Source: the human T2T-CHM13v2.0 reference genome, Homo sapiens. Taken from it: a stretch of 64,000 nt of DNA. The notes below the pieces were generated by a model, which saw only the letters and a program-made list of their open reading frames with translations, made no database searches and was not told the origin of the DNA. The stretch lies in the NCBI GenBank assembly GCA_009914755.4, contig CP086569.2:6080001-6144000 (forward strand), in the 5' to 3' direction. Made by a program: the position numbers and the translations under genes. Positions 12,741 to 27,438 of this stretch are shown here, in pieces (the first letter of the stretch is position 1; each line of letters starts with the position of its first letter).

Positions 12741-15175
12741 GTGTTTAGAAGAAAACACTCACTCAGTGGATTCCCATGAGGGATGTTCTCCATGAACTCA
12801 GAAATGTTTAGTGTAACAGTTGTTCAGCCAAACCCAGGAAACCCCAGGCCAATGAGGAACATGCAAGTGAGGAAAAGAAGAGGCAAGTTTGGAGGCCACA
12901 TCCCACCCAACATCAATTCATTCCACTCCCATTTGGCTCCGGGTTTGAAAGCCTTCAAATCAGAAGTTTGACAGGATGGGCCGGATTTGCACTCCAAATG
13001 TTCCTTTCACATTGCAGTGCTCCAACTTGAACCCACATTATGGTGTGGACTACTTGTGTAATTAAGGGAATGTGGGGGTTGAGTTGGAAGCACCTTCTGT
13101 GTCATCTGTCTTCATGTTTTTTTTGCAGGTGAAGTTGTGGGGCTTCATCCAACCTTCACCAGATTGTATCCTCACTCCTACCTGACCCTATTCCTGCTCA
13201 CCCTGTATGTCCCAGGATAAATGCCCAGACGATGGAGGAGTGCCGTCTCATGACCAGAAGAACCTGCTTGGCAGTGAACTGAATTCTTGGTAAATTCAAG
13301 GGGCCATGAGGACAGGACTGACAGTGTCTCTTTCTTGGTTGGCCACAGGACAATGAAACACTGGCAGATGCCTGTTTTTTTTTTTCTTTTTTTTTTTTTT
13401 TGTTTTGTTTTGTTTTGGTGTGGTGTGCTCCTCTTCATTCTAGAAGAGTGGCTTTTTTTGCTGTGGTAGGTGACTTGGATGCTGGTAGGTCTCAGCCCGG
13501 CCCCCAATTCACTGTGGATTCATGAGCCACAGGAAAATAAAGAACATGGAGCCCTGCGGCCCAAGCAGAGCCACACAGACAGGCCACCAAATTTGTGAGA
13601 CTCAATTAAAAAAAGAAGCACCAAAGTGTGGTAGCCACATTCCTTAAGCAGACTCCACTTACAGGCACACACAAACACACACACACAAAAAACAAAGCCA
13701 CACACCCATGCCAACATCCAACTCTCACAACACTCTTTCAGAAACAGTTTGTCAGCTCCTGTGGCTGTGTGGTTTTGCAAGAAGCTAATGTGGCATAGAG
13801 CAACCCCAGGCAATACAGGTGGCCTGCTCCTAGAAATCACAGTACTGCAAGTTTCAAAAAGACTCACACCTACAAAGTCTAGGCAGGCCTAAGGAATCCT
13901 TCCGATTTTTTTGGATCCTTAGGGATTTTGAGGTTTATTCCTAGTGCTGTGGTCGATGTTTCTTCAGGCTGGCTCTCATTTGCCCTCTCCTAGGCTCATG
14001 GGACTATCCTGTGGTTTCCACAGAGAAGACAGGCAAGAGTTCACCAACCACGCAGCTCCACGTAGGCCTTTTTCTCTGCAAAGATGAAGGGACTTGTTGC
14101 TAGGCAACAATGACATTCATTGGGATGCTCACTAAAGCTCAATATCAGTCCTGGTGCCCTGAGACTTGTGCATGCACATTCGTGAGGCAGGCCCAGGTGC
14201 CTGGCCATCAGACCTGTCAGTCTGCCCAAGCAGAGGAAAATAATACAGGCAGAGCCAGACTGGTATTGGGAAAAATGCTGCCTGTGAAAACCCACTGCAG
14301 GATCCTAAAACTCTCAACCTAAGGCCGCCCCTTTCTGGCCACCTCTCTGGTCAGGTCCTACTGGAGGGAGAGGCATTTCCAGACTGTGAGGTGGTCACTG
14401 GAAACTGCTCTTCTGAATCCATTCCCAAAAGAGGCTGTGTGCCAGAAATGGGTCCCATGGTGATTGGAAAATTGTCTGGTGTGTCGTTGAGGGTTCTTTA
14501 AGTGATAGAATCATACCTGAGACCCCAGGTGTGAATGTCAAAGAAAGACAGCCTGGCTCTTGACCTCATTGCCTCCCTTTATTTTGGGCCTTGCAGGGGC
14601 CCTCTGGGAAAAGCAGGAACAACAACAAAGGCAAGTCCAAGGTAGAGCAGTGTTCTCATAGCTCATACTGGCCTCTCACAGGTGCTGATGAGATTCAGTG
14701 TCTCAGAGGACATCTGCAGTGATGGCGAGTCTAAAAAGGGTGTCCATTAGTGCTGTTGAGGGGCACTGTTGAATCCCAGTGAAAGCAAAAAAAAAATAAA
14801 AAATAAAAATATGAAGGCTTGCCTGAGAGAACAAGCTGCTTTGTGCAGGAGTTCAAGCTTTGTTGAATAATTCCTGTCAGAGGACCCAAAATCCTCCTGG
14901 AAAATGCAAACAACCTCAGCTCCCACTATGAGACAAGCATCACAACCTGGAGTGCAGCCAGCCTAACCAAAGTCCCTTTTGCTCTCTGAAATCCCTGGCA
15001 GCCAAACAGAGGCTAGATTACAAGACCAAGGCAGACACGGCTGTCAGCTTCTCACTTTTCAGGTATCATGCATCTCTCTGATAGTAGTGGGTGAACACGA
15101 GTTTCCTTATGGCAGCTGTAACAGGAATTTATCGTTTTAACAAATTCAAAGCCATGCAGTCATTAACACATGACA
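12741..15175 (+). repeat. Macrosatellite unit U6 (2435 bp).
   Basis: Anchor to anchor. Long T-rich tract at 13375-13418. A-rich expansion at 14783-14812. Confidence 0.75.
13375..13418 (+). repeat. Long poly-T/(TTTTG)n tract at the second fixed intra-unit position.
   Basis: ttttttttttctttttttttttttttgttttgttttgttttgg. Homologous tracts in other units are 7-45 bp, for example 15855-15900, 35004-35040, 46021-46048 and 48100-48130. Confidence 0.85.
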
Positions 15176-17693
15176 GCGTTTAGAAAGAAAAATTAATGCA
15201 ATGGATTTTCATAAGTCCCATTCTCCATGAATTCTGAAATGTTTAATGTGGAAGTCGTTGAGCCAGACCCAGGAAACCCTAGGCCTATAAGGAACATGGA
15301 AGTCAGGAAAAGAAGAGGCCATTGTGGAAGCCACATCCCAGACATCATCAATCTATTCTACTCACATTTGACTCTGGGTATAAAAGGCCTCAAATCCAGA
15401 GTTTGCCAAGATGGCCCCAATTTGCAGTCCAAATGTTTTTTGCACATTAGAGTACTCCCACCTGAACACTGGGCCAAGGTGCAGACAGATTGTGCAATTA
15501 AGAAAATGAGGGGATGGAGTTTGAAGAACTATCTTTGTTACCTGTCTTCATTATTTTTTTTTTTTGCAGATGAAGTTGCAGAACCCCATCCACTCCTCAC
15601 CAGATTTTATCCTCACCCCTATCTGAACTTTTCCCTGTTCACATTCTAGGTCCAAGGATGATATCCCAAGATGATAGAGGAGTTCCCCATCATGACATGA
15701 AGCACATGCTCAGCTGGGAGCCAAATTCTATGTAAATTCAAGGGGTCCTGCATACAGGACTGCTAGTGTTTCTTTCTGGGTTGGCCACAGAACACTGAAA
15801 CACTGGGAGATGTCTGTTTTTTGGTGTGGTGTGCTTCTCTTCTTTCTAGAAGTGTGTTGTTTTTTTGTGTGTGTGTGTTTTTTTGTTTGTTTGTTTTTGC
15901 AGGGGGAGGTGATTTGGACATTGGCGGGTCCCAGCCCACATCCTAATTTACTGCAGATTCATGATCCACAGAAAAAAAATAACACAAAGCCTCGCAGCCG
16001 AAGCAGAGCCACAGAGACAGGCCAACAAAAGGTTGGGAGATCCAAAAAAATGAAGCTCTGGAGTGTGTTTGCCACATTCCTTTAAGTAGACTCAACTTAC
16101 AGGCACACATAGACACACACAAACACACTCATACACAAATACACAATACCAAACACACACAGACATCCAACACTTGCAACACTCCTGAAGAAACACAGCA
16201 CTTGGTAGCTTCTGAGGCTGCATGGTTTTGCTGGAATCCCCATTTGGGTGAAAGCAACCCGGGGGAACATGTGGGCTGTAACTAGAAATCATAGTGAAAC
16301 AAGTTTCAAGAAAACTCACCCTTACATCATCTAGGCAGGCCTGAGGAATCTTGCGATCTTTTGGATCCTTAGGGGTTTTGCCGTTTATTCCTGGGGCTCT
16401 GTTTGATGTTTCTTTCAGCTGGCTCATGTCTGCCCTCTTGTAGGATCATGAGACTGTCCCAAGTATCCCACAGAGAAGACAGGCAAGAGTCCACAGCTGA
16501 CATGCCTACAGCGAGGTCTCCTTCTCCCTCAAGAGGCAGGAACTTGTCTCTAGGCAATGCTGACATTCATTGTGATGCTAGCCAGAGTTCACAATGAGAA
16601 CTGGTACCCTGAGACTAGTGCATATGCATTCCCGGGGCAGGTACAAGTGCATGGCTGTCAGAGCTGTCAGCCTGCCTAAGCAGAGAAAAAATGGTACAGG
16701 TAAAACCGGTCTGGTGTTGTGAAAATGTTGCCTGCTAGAAGCCATGGTCAGACTCTACAGTCTCGACCTCAGGGCCCCTTCAGGCCATCTGCATGGTTGA
16801 GACCGGCTGGAGGAGGAGGCATTTTGAGACTGTGAGGTGGTGGCTGGAAACTGCTCTTCCTACTCCATTCCCAAAGGATGCTTTTTGCAAGAATCGGGTC
16901 TCATGGGAATTGGAATTTGGTCTGGTGTGTTGCTGAGGGTTCTTTGGGTGAGAGAATTATACGTGAGACCCCAGAGATGGGTGCCAATGAAAGATGGCTG
17001 GGCTATTTACCTCACTGTCTCTCTTCAGCCTGGGCCTTGATGGGGCCCTCTGCAAAAGGCAAAAACCATGACAAAGAGAAGTCCAACATGGGTCAGTGTT
17101 CTCACTTCGGTCTGGTCTCTCACGGGTGCAGATGAGGTTGAGACAATGTATCAGATGCCCTCTGTGGTGATAGCAAGCCTGAAACTGACCAGCAGTGCAT
17201 TTGTAGGGTACTGTGGATTCTCTATGAAAGAAAAGAAACATCAAAGCTCACCTCAGAGAATGACCTGTTTTGTGCTGGAGTCCAAGCAATGTTCAATGTT
17301 TCCAGGCAGAGTACCCAAAAGCCTCCTGAAAAGTGCAAACAACCTCAGTACTCACAATGAGACCAAAAACCACAACCCGGAGGGAGTCAGCCTACCTGAA
17401 GTTCTTTTCATCCTTGAAATCCCTGGCAGCCAATAGATCTGTGGTGAGAGGCAGTCCCATCCAGCAACAGCCCAGTGAAAGACCTTGTATACAAAGAGAA
17501 AGGACTTGCATATGCAATGAAACAGAGGCTAGATTTCCAGGCAAAAGCCCAACATAGTTGCCTGCTTTTTATGCTACAGGAATCATGCATCCCTCCAGTA
17601 AAAGTGAGAGAATAAGAATTTCTTTGTTGGTGGCTGTAATGAAAATTTACAGTGTTAAAATCATCACATCTGCCCAGCCTTTAAAACGTGACA
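15176..17693 (+). repeat. Macrosatellite unit U7 (2518 bp).
   Basis: Anchor to anchor. (TG/TTTG)-rich tract at 15855-15900. Confidence 0.75.
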
Positions 17694-18530
17694 GTGTTTA
17701 GAAGAAAACACTCATGCATTGGATTCCCATGAAGGTCGTCCTCCATGAACTGTGAATTGCTTAGTGTGGAAAGTGTGAAGCCAGACCCAGGAAATCCTAG
17801 GCCATGAGGAACATGGAAGTCAGGAAAAGAAGAGACAAGTGTGCAGGGCACATCCCACCTACCATCAATACATCCCACTCTCATTTGGCTCAGGGTATGA
17901 GAGCTCTCAAATTGGGAGTTTGTTAGAATGCCCTCAACTTGCACTCCAAATGTTCCCTGAACATTGTATTACTCCCACCTGAACACCGGGCCATAATGTG
18001 AACTGCTTCTGCAATTAAAGGAATGTGGGGATGCAATAGGAAGCAGCTTCTGCGTCATCAGTCTTCACGTTTTTTTTGCGGGAGAAAGTGCGGGAGTCTA
18101 TTTACGCCTCACCAGATTGTATCCTCACCCATATTTTACCTTCTTTCTGCTCATACTCTCTGTCCTAGAATGAAATCACAAGTTGATGGAGGAGTGCCAC
18201 ATGACGACATGAAGCCTCTGCTTGTCTGGGAACCAAATTCAAAGTAAATTCAAAGGGCCCTTCAGATAGTTCTGCTAGTTTCTCTCCCTGGGTCTGCCGC
18301 AGGACAATGAAACACAGAGATATTTGCTTTGGAGTGTGATGCGCTGTCTCCTAATTCACTGAGAATTCATACTCCACGGAAAAATAACGGAGATGGAGCC
18401 CTGCAACCCAAGCAGAGCTACACCAACAGGCCACCAAAAGGTTTGGAGATTCAAAAAGAGGAAGTGTTGCCGTGCGTTATCCACATTCCATTAAGCAGAC
18501 TCCACTTACAGCCACACACAAACACATAAA

Positions 18531-18550
18531 CACACACACACACACACACA
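18531..18550 (+). repeat. (CA)10 microsatellite at the fixed intra-unit position.
   Basis: aaacacacacacacacacacacacaaacac. Confidence 0.85.
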
Positions 18551-18708
18551 AACACACAAAGCCACGCAGATATGCAGACATCCAACACTTTCAACATTTC
18601 CACAGAAACACACAGCACGGCAGCTTCTGAGTTTGCGTGCTTCTGCAGGAAGCCCTAACTGAAAGAGAGGAACTTTGGGGAACACAGGTGGGCTGTACCT
18701 AGAAATCA

Positions 18709-18724
18709 CAGTGGGGTAAGTTTC
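18709..18724 (+). repeat. Candidate degraded target-site duplication (poly-A side) of the L1 at 18725-21879: cagtggggtaagtttc.
   Basis: The other flank at 21880-21897 reads cagtggggtataggcttc. The first 10 bp are identical and the remainder is related with indels. Confidence 0.5.
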
Positions 18725-18933
18725 TTTTTTTTATTGTACTTTAAGTTTAAGGTACATGTGCACAATGTGCAGGTTTGTTACATATGTATACATGTGCCAT
18801 ATTGGTGTGCTGCACCCATTAATTCATCATTTACCATTAGGTATATCTCCTAATGCTATCCCTCCCGCCTCTCCCCACCCCACAATTCCCAGTATGTGAT
18901 GTTACCCTTCCTGTGTCCACGTGTTCTCATTGT

Positions 18934-21920
<2,987 letters not shown>

Positions 21921-22557
21921 TAGGCATGCCTGAGTCATCCTGCAGATCCTTTTAGATCCTTATGGATTTCATGGTTTATTGCTGAAGCTCTGCTTGATGT
22001 TTCTTCAGGCTTGTTCACATCTGCCCTCTTCTAGGATCATGGGACTATCTCGAGGATCCACACCTCCACAGAAGTCTCCTTCTCAGCTGCCAAGATGCAG
22101 AGACTTAGGCAACTATGACATTCATGGTGATGCTAGCCAGAGCTCAAAGCTAAGGCCTTGTGCCCCTGACACTAGCGAATATGCATTTGCGAGGATGGCT
22201 CATGCACACAGCTCTCAGACCTGTTAGCCTAGGCAGAGGAAAATGGTACAAGTAGAGCCAGCTTTGTATTTAGAAAAAGGCTGCCTGAGATAACACACTG
22301 CGGTACTCTAAATGTCTTCAACTTAGGACCACGTCTTGTGATCTACATGGTCGGGTCCCACTGGAGTATGAAGCATTCCAGGACTGTGAAGTGGTGGCTG
22401 GAAACTGCTCTTCTGACTTCATTTCCAAAAGAAACTGTATGCAAGAATCTGGTCCCAAGGGGATTGGAATATAGTACGGTGAGTTTCCTTGTTGGCGGCA
22501 GTAATGGCAATTTACAATTTTAAAAATATCAAACCTGCCGAGTCATTAAAACATAAC

Positions 22558-24986
22558 TGTGTTTAGAAGGAAACACTCATGCAATGGATTCCTAAGAGGG
22601 TTATTCTCCATGCAGGGGGAAACCTTTAGTGTGCAAGTGATTAAGCCAGACTCAGGAAACTGTAGGCTGACAAGGAACATGGAAGTCAGGAAAAGAAGAG
22701 AAAAGTGGCCACATCCCATTCAACATCAATCCTTTCCACTCCCATTTGGTTCTGGGTATGAAAACCCTCAAATTGGGAGTTTGCCAAAACAGCCCCAATT
22801 TGCAGTCCAACTTTTCCTGAAATATTGGAGGACTCCATCTGAACACTGGGTCATTTTATGGACTGCTTGTGCAATTAAAAGAATGTGGGAATGGTGTTGG
22901 AAACACCTTCTGTGTCATGTAATTTTTTTTGCAGGTGAAGTTGCAGAACCCCATTTACTCCTCATCAGATTGTATCTTCCCTCCTATCTGACTTTATTGC
23001 TGCTCACACTCTATGTCCCAGAAGGAAATCCCAAAATGATGGAGGAGTGTTTCCTCATGATGTGAAGTGCCTGCTGGGCTGGGAATTTCAAGGTATATTC
23101 AAGGGGACCTGCAGACAGGACTGCTAGTGTCTCTCTGTGTGTTGGCCACAGGAAAATAAAACACTGGGAGATGTCTCTTTTTTGGTGTGGTGTGCCCTCT
23201 TCTTTCTAGAAGAGTCAATTTTCTTGCAGGGTGAGCTGACTTGGATGCCTGCAGGTATCAGCCCACCTTCCAATTCACTGTGGATTAATAATCCATAGAA
23301 CACGGAGCTCTGGACCCCAAGCAGAGACACACAGAAAGGCCACCAAAAGGTTTTGAGTCCCCCACCAAAAAAGTGCTGAAATTCATTAGCCATACTTCTT
23401 TAAGCAGACTCCACTAACAGGCACACACACACACAGGCATGCATGCAAACACACACACACCAAGCCACAAACACAGAAAGACATCTAACACTTGCAGAAA
23501 ACACTCCCATGGAAACACAGCCTGGCAGCTTCTGATGCTGCCTGGTTCTGCAGGAAGCCCCCACTGGGAGAGAGCAAACCTAGGGAACATAGTTGGGCTG
23601 TAACTAGAAATCACAATGGGACAAGTTTCAAAAAGATTGACCCTACAATCTCTAGGCAAGCCTGTGGCATTGTGCAGATTTTTTTTTTTTTGTATGCATA
23701 GGGATTTCTTGGTTTATTTCCAGCGCTCTTCTTGACATTTCTTCAGGCTGGCTCACATCTGCCCTCTCAAAGCATCATGGGACTATTCCTTGGATCCCAC
23801 AGGGAAGACAGGGGAAAATCCACAGCCAAAGCATCTCCACGAAGGTCTCCGTTTCTGCCAAGCTGCAGGGAGTTGTCACTAGGTAAAGGTGGCATTCACT
23901 GTGACTCTAGCCAGAGACCACAGCTCAGGCCTGGTGCCCTGAGACAAGCACATGGGCATTCACGAAGCCAACTCTCAAAGCTGTCAGACTGCCTAAGCAG
24001 AGGAAAATGATACAGGCAGAGAATGTTTGGTATCGGGAAAAAGGCTGCCTATTATAAGCTACTGTGGGATCCTAAAAGTCTCCACCTGAGGGCTGCCTTC
24101 AGGCTGAGGCATTTCCAGACTCTGAGGTGGTTACTGAAAACTACTCTTCTGACTCCATTTTTGAAAGAGTCTGTGTGCAAGAATCGGGTCCCATGGGGAT
24201 TGGAATATAGTCTGGTGTGTTGTTGAGGGGTCTTTAGCTGACAAAATCAAACCTGAGACATCAGAGGTGGGTGTCAGTGAAAGATGACTGGGTTCTTAAC
24301 CTCACTTCCTCCCTTCACCCTGGGCCTCACTGCCGCTCTCTGGGAAAGCCAGGAACAACAACAAAGGAAAGTCCAAGGTGGAGCAGCATTCTCACACCTC
24401 GAAAGGCCAATCATGCATTCAGATGATGCTAAGAGAATGTCTCAAATGCCCTCTGTGGTGATTGCCAGCCTGAAAAAAGTACTCAGTACTGCTGTTAAGG
24501 GACACAGTGAACCACACATGAAAGGAATGAAAAATCAAGGCTCTCCTGAGAGAATGAGCCGATTTGTGCTGGAGTCCTAGCAATGTTTCAAGATTCCCAT
24601 CAGAGGACCCAAATCCTCCTGCAAAATTCAAACAACGTCAGCGTCCACATACAGACCATGACCCATAACCTGGAGCACAGAAGCCTATGCAAATTCCCTT
24701 TTGCTCCCTGAAATCTCTGGCTGCCAAAAGATCTGTGGCAAGAGGCAGTCCCATCCAGCAACAACCCAATGAAAGACACCCTCCACAATGAGAAAGTACG
24801 TGCAAATGAAATGAAACAGATCGTAGTTTACCAGTTAAAAGCCAGACACGATGGCCTGCTTGTCATCCTACAGGAATCATGCAGCCCTCCAATAGAAGTG
24901 GGAGAAAAAGACTTTCCTTGTTGGTGGCTGTAATGGGAATTTATGGTGTTAAAATATCACAGCTGCCCAGTCATTAAAATGTGACA
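22558..24986 (+). repeat. Macrosatellite unit U9 (2429 bp).
   Basis: Anchor to anchor. Confidence 0.75.
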
Positions 24987-27438
24987 GTGTTTAGAAGGAA
25001 ACACTAGGGATTCCCATGAGGGTTGTCCTCCATGAAGTGAAAACATTTAGCGTGAAAGACTTGGAGCCAGACCCAGGAAAACCTAGGCCCACGAGAAACA
25101 TGGAAGTCAGAAAAAGAAGAGGCAAGTGTGGAGGCCACATCCCACCCACCTTCAATCCATCTCACTCCCACTTGGCTGTGGAGATGAAAGCCCTCAAATC
25201 TGGAGTTTGCCAAGATATCCCCAGTTGCAGTCCAAATGTTCCCTGAACTTTGGAGTACTTCCAACTGAACACCATGCCATGAGGTTGAAAGCACCTTTTG
25301 TGTCATCTGTCTTCATTTCTCTTGCAGGTAAAGTTGTGTCACCCATGCACCCCTCACCAGATTGTATCATCACCCCTATTTGACCTTATTGCTCTCCACA
25401 CTCTATGTCCCAGGATGAAATCCCAAAATGATAAAAAAATGTGCCCACCCCCCACAACATATGAATCACCTGTTCGGCTGGGATGCGAATTCGAGGTTAA
25501 TTTAAGAGGCCCTGTGGACTGGAATGCTAGTGTCTCTCCTGGGTTGGCCAAAAGACAATAAAACACTGAAAGATATCTCTTTCTTGTGTAGTGTGCTCCT
25601 CTTCTTTCTGGAAGGGTGGTTTATGGCACACACAATGCCACATACAGACTCAGACATCCAACATTCGCAACACTCCCACAGAAACACCCAACCCAACAAC
25701 TACTCAGGATGCATTGTTGTGCAGGAAACACCATGTGGGAGAGAGCCCCACAGCCCAAGCAGAGTCACACAGACAAGCCAACAAAAGTTTGGGAGACACA
25801 AAAAAAGGAAGTGCTGAAGTGCATTACCAACATTCCTTTAAGCAGACTGCACTTACAATCACACACACACATACATGCAAACACAAAATGTCACACACAC
25901 ACACACACAGACATCCAACACCCACAACACTCCACCAGAAATGTTTGGAGGCAAAAAAAAAAAAAAGAAGAAGCACTGAGTACATTAGTCACATTATTTT
26001 AAGCACACTCCACTTACAGGCACACAAACACACACAATGCCACAGACACATGCAGACATCCAAGACTTGCAACACTCCTGCAAAATAAGTAAATAAATAA
26101 ATAAATGTTGGGCAGCTCCTGTCGCTGTGTGGTTCTGCAGGAATCCTAATCTGCAAGAGACCAACACCAAGAAACACAGGGGAACTGTACCTAGAAATTA
26201 CAGTGGGACAAGTTTCAAAAAGACTCACGCCTACAATGCCAGACCTGAGGATTCCTGTGTATACTTTTGGATCCTTTGGGATTTCACAGTATATTCCTGG
26301 AGCTGTGGTTGATGTTTCTCCAGGCTAGGATCATGGGACAATCCCATGGATACCACGGAGACTAGTGCCTGTGCATTCATGAGGAAGGATCAGGCACCTG
26401 TCTCTCAGAGCTGTCAGCCTGCTTAAGCAGAGGAAAATGGTACAGGCAGAGCTGGCCTGGCATGGCCAGAAAAACTGCCTGTGATAACCCACGGCCAGAC
26501 CCAAAAAGTCTAGACCATAGGACTGTTTTGGGCAGTCTCCGGGGTCAAGTTCTGCTGAAGGAGTTGTTTTGAGACTGTGAACTGTCTTTGCAACCTGCAC
26601 CTCTGCCTTCATTCCCCAGAGAGGCTGTGTGCAAGATTCCATTCCCATGGGGATTGGAATATGTCTGGTTAGTTTTTGATGGGTCCTTTGGTGATGGAAC
26701 CATAACTGAGACCCAAGAGGCAGATGTCAGCAAAAGATGGCCAGCCCCTTGATTTCACTGCCTCCCTTCATCCTGGACCTCACAGAGACTCTTGGGGAGA
26801 GATAGGAACCACAACAAAATCAAGTCCAAGATAAAGTGTTTGCACACCTCAAACTGGCCTCTCACAGGTGCAAATGAGGTTGAGACACCATATCAGAGGC
26901 CGTCTGTGGCAACTGCAAGCCAGAAAAATTGTGTCCAGTAGGGCTGATGCAGAGCAATGTGGGCCTCCCATGAAAGCAAACATAAATGAAGGCTCACCTG
27001 AGAGAACAAGCTGACTTGTGCGGGAGTCTAAGCAATGTTGAAAGATTTTTGCCAGAGGATTTAAAAGCCTCCTGCAAATGCCAAAAAACATCAGCCCCCA
27101 CAAGGAGACCATGGCCCACAACCTACAGCATAGTCAGCATAGAAAAAATCCTTTTTGGTTCCTGAAGTTTTTGGCAGCCAAATGATTTGTAGCAAGAAGC
27201 AGTCCCATTCAGCAAGAGCCAATGAAAGATCCACTCCACATCGTGGAAGGACTTGCAGATGAAGTAAAACAGAGCCAAGATTACCAGGCAAATACATACA
27301 TGGCTGCCTGCTTCTTATCCTACAGGAATCATGTAGCCCTTTGATAAAAGTGGGAGAACAAGGTTTTTCATGTTGGCGGCTGTATCGGGAATTTACGCTT
27401 TAAAAATATCACAGCTGCCCGGTCATTAAAACGTAACA
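24987..27438 (+). repeat. Macrosatellite unit U10 (2452 bp), variant with a local ~150-200 bp triplication of the CA-repeat module (about 25611-26075).
   Basis: The segment (g)cacacaca...acatccaacac.cgcaacactcc.acagaaa occurs three times: near 25625-25700, 25840-25940 and 25990-26080. The usual tttttgcaggggg tract is displaced. Confidence 0.7.
26082..26106 (+). repeat. (AAAT)n-type microsatellite.
   Basis: aaataagtaaataaataaataaatg. Confidence 0.8.

Noticed and set aside
14783-14812. A-rich expansion caaaaaaaaaataaaaaataaaaatat inside unit U6, as a possible poly-A of an inserted retroelement.
   Set aside because: It has no adjacent retroelement body or TSD. It looks like simple expansion of the short A-run present at the same place in other units (gcaaagaaaaatcaagg).
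25591-26088. 165 aa ORF (and similar at 30748-31116, 33194-33550, 38834-39259) rich in His/Thr (HTHTHT…).
   Set aside because: It is a translation of the (CA)n / AC-rich microsatellite, which is a low-complexity artefact.
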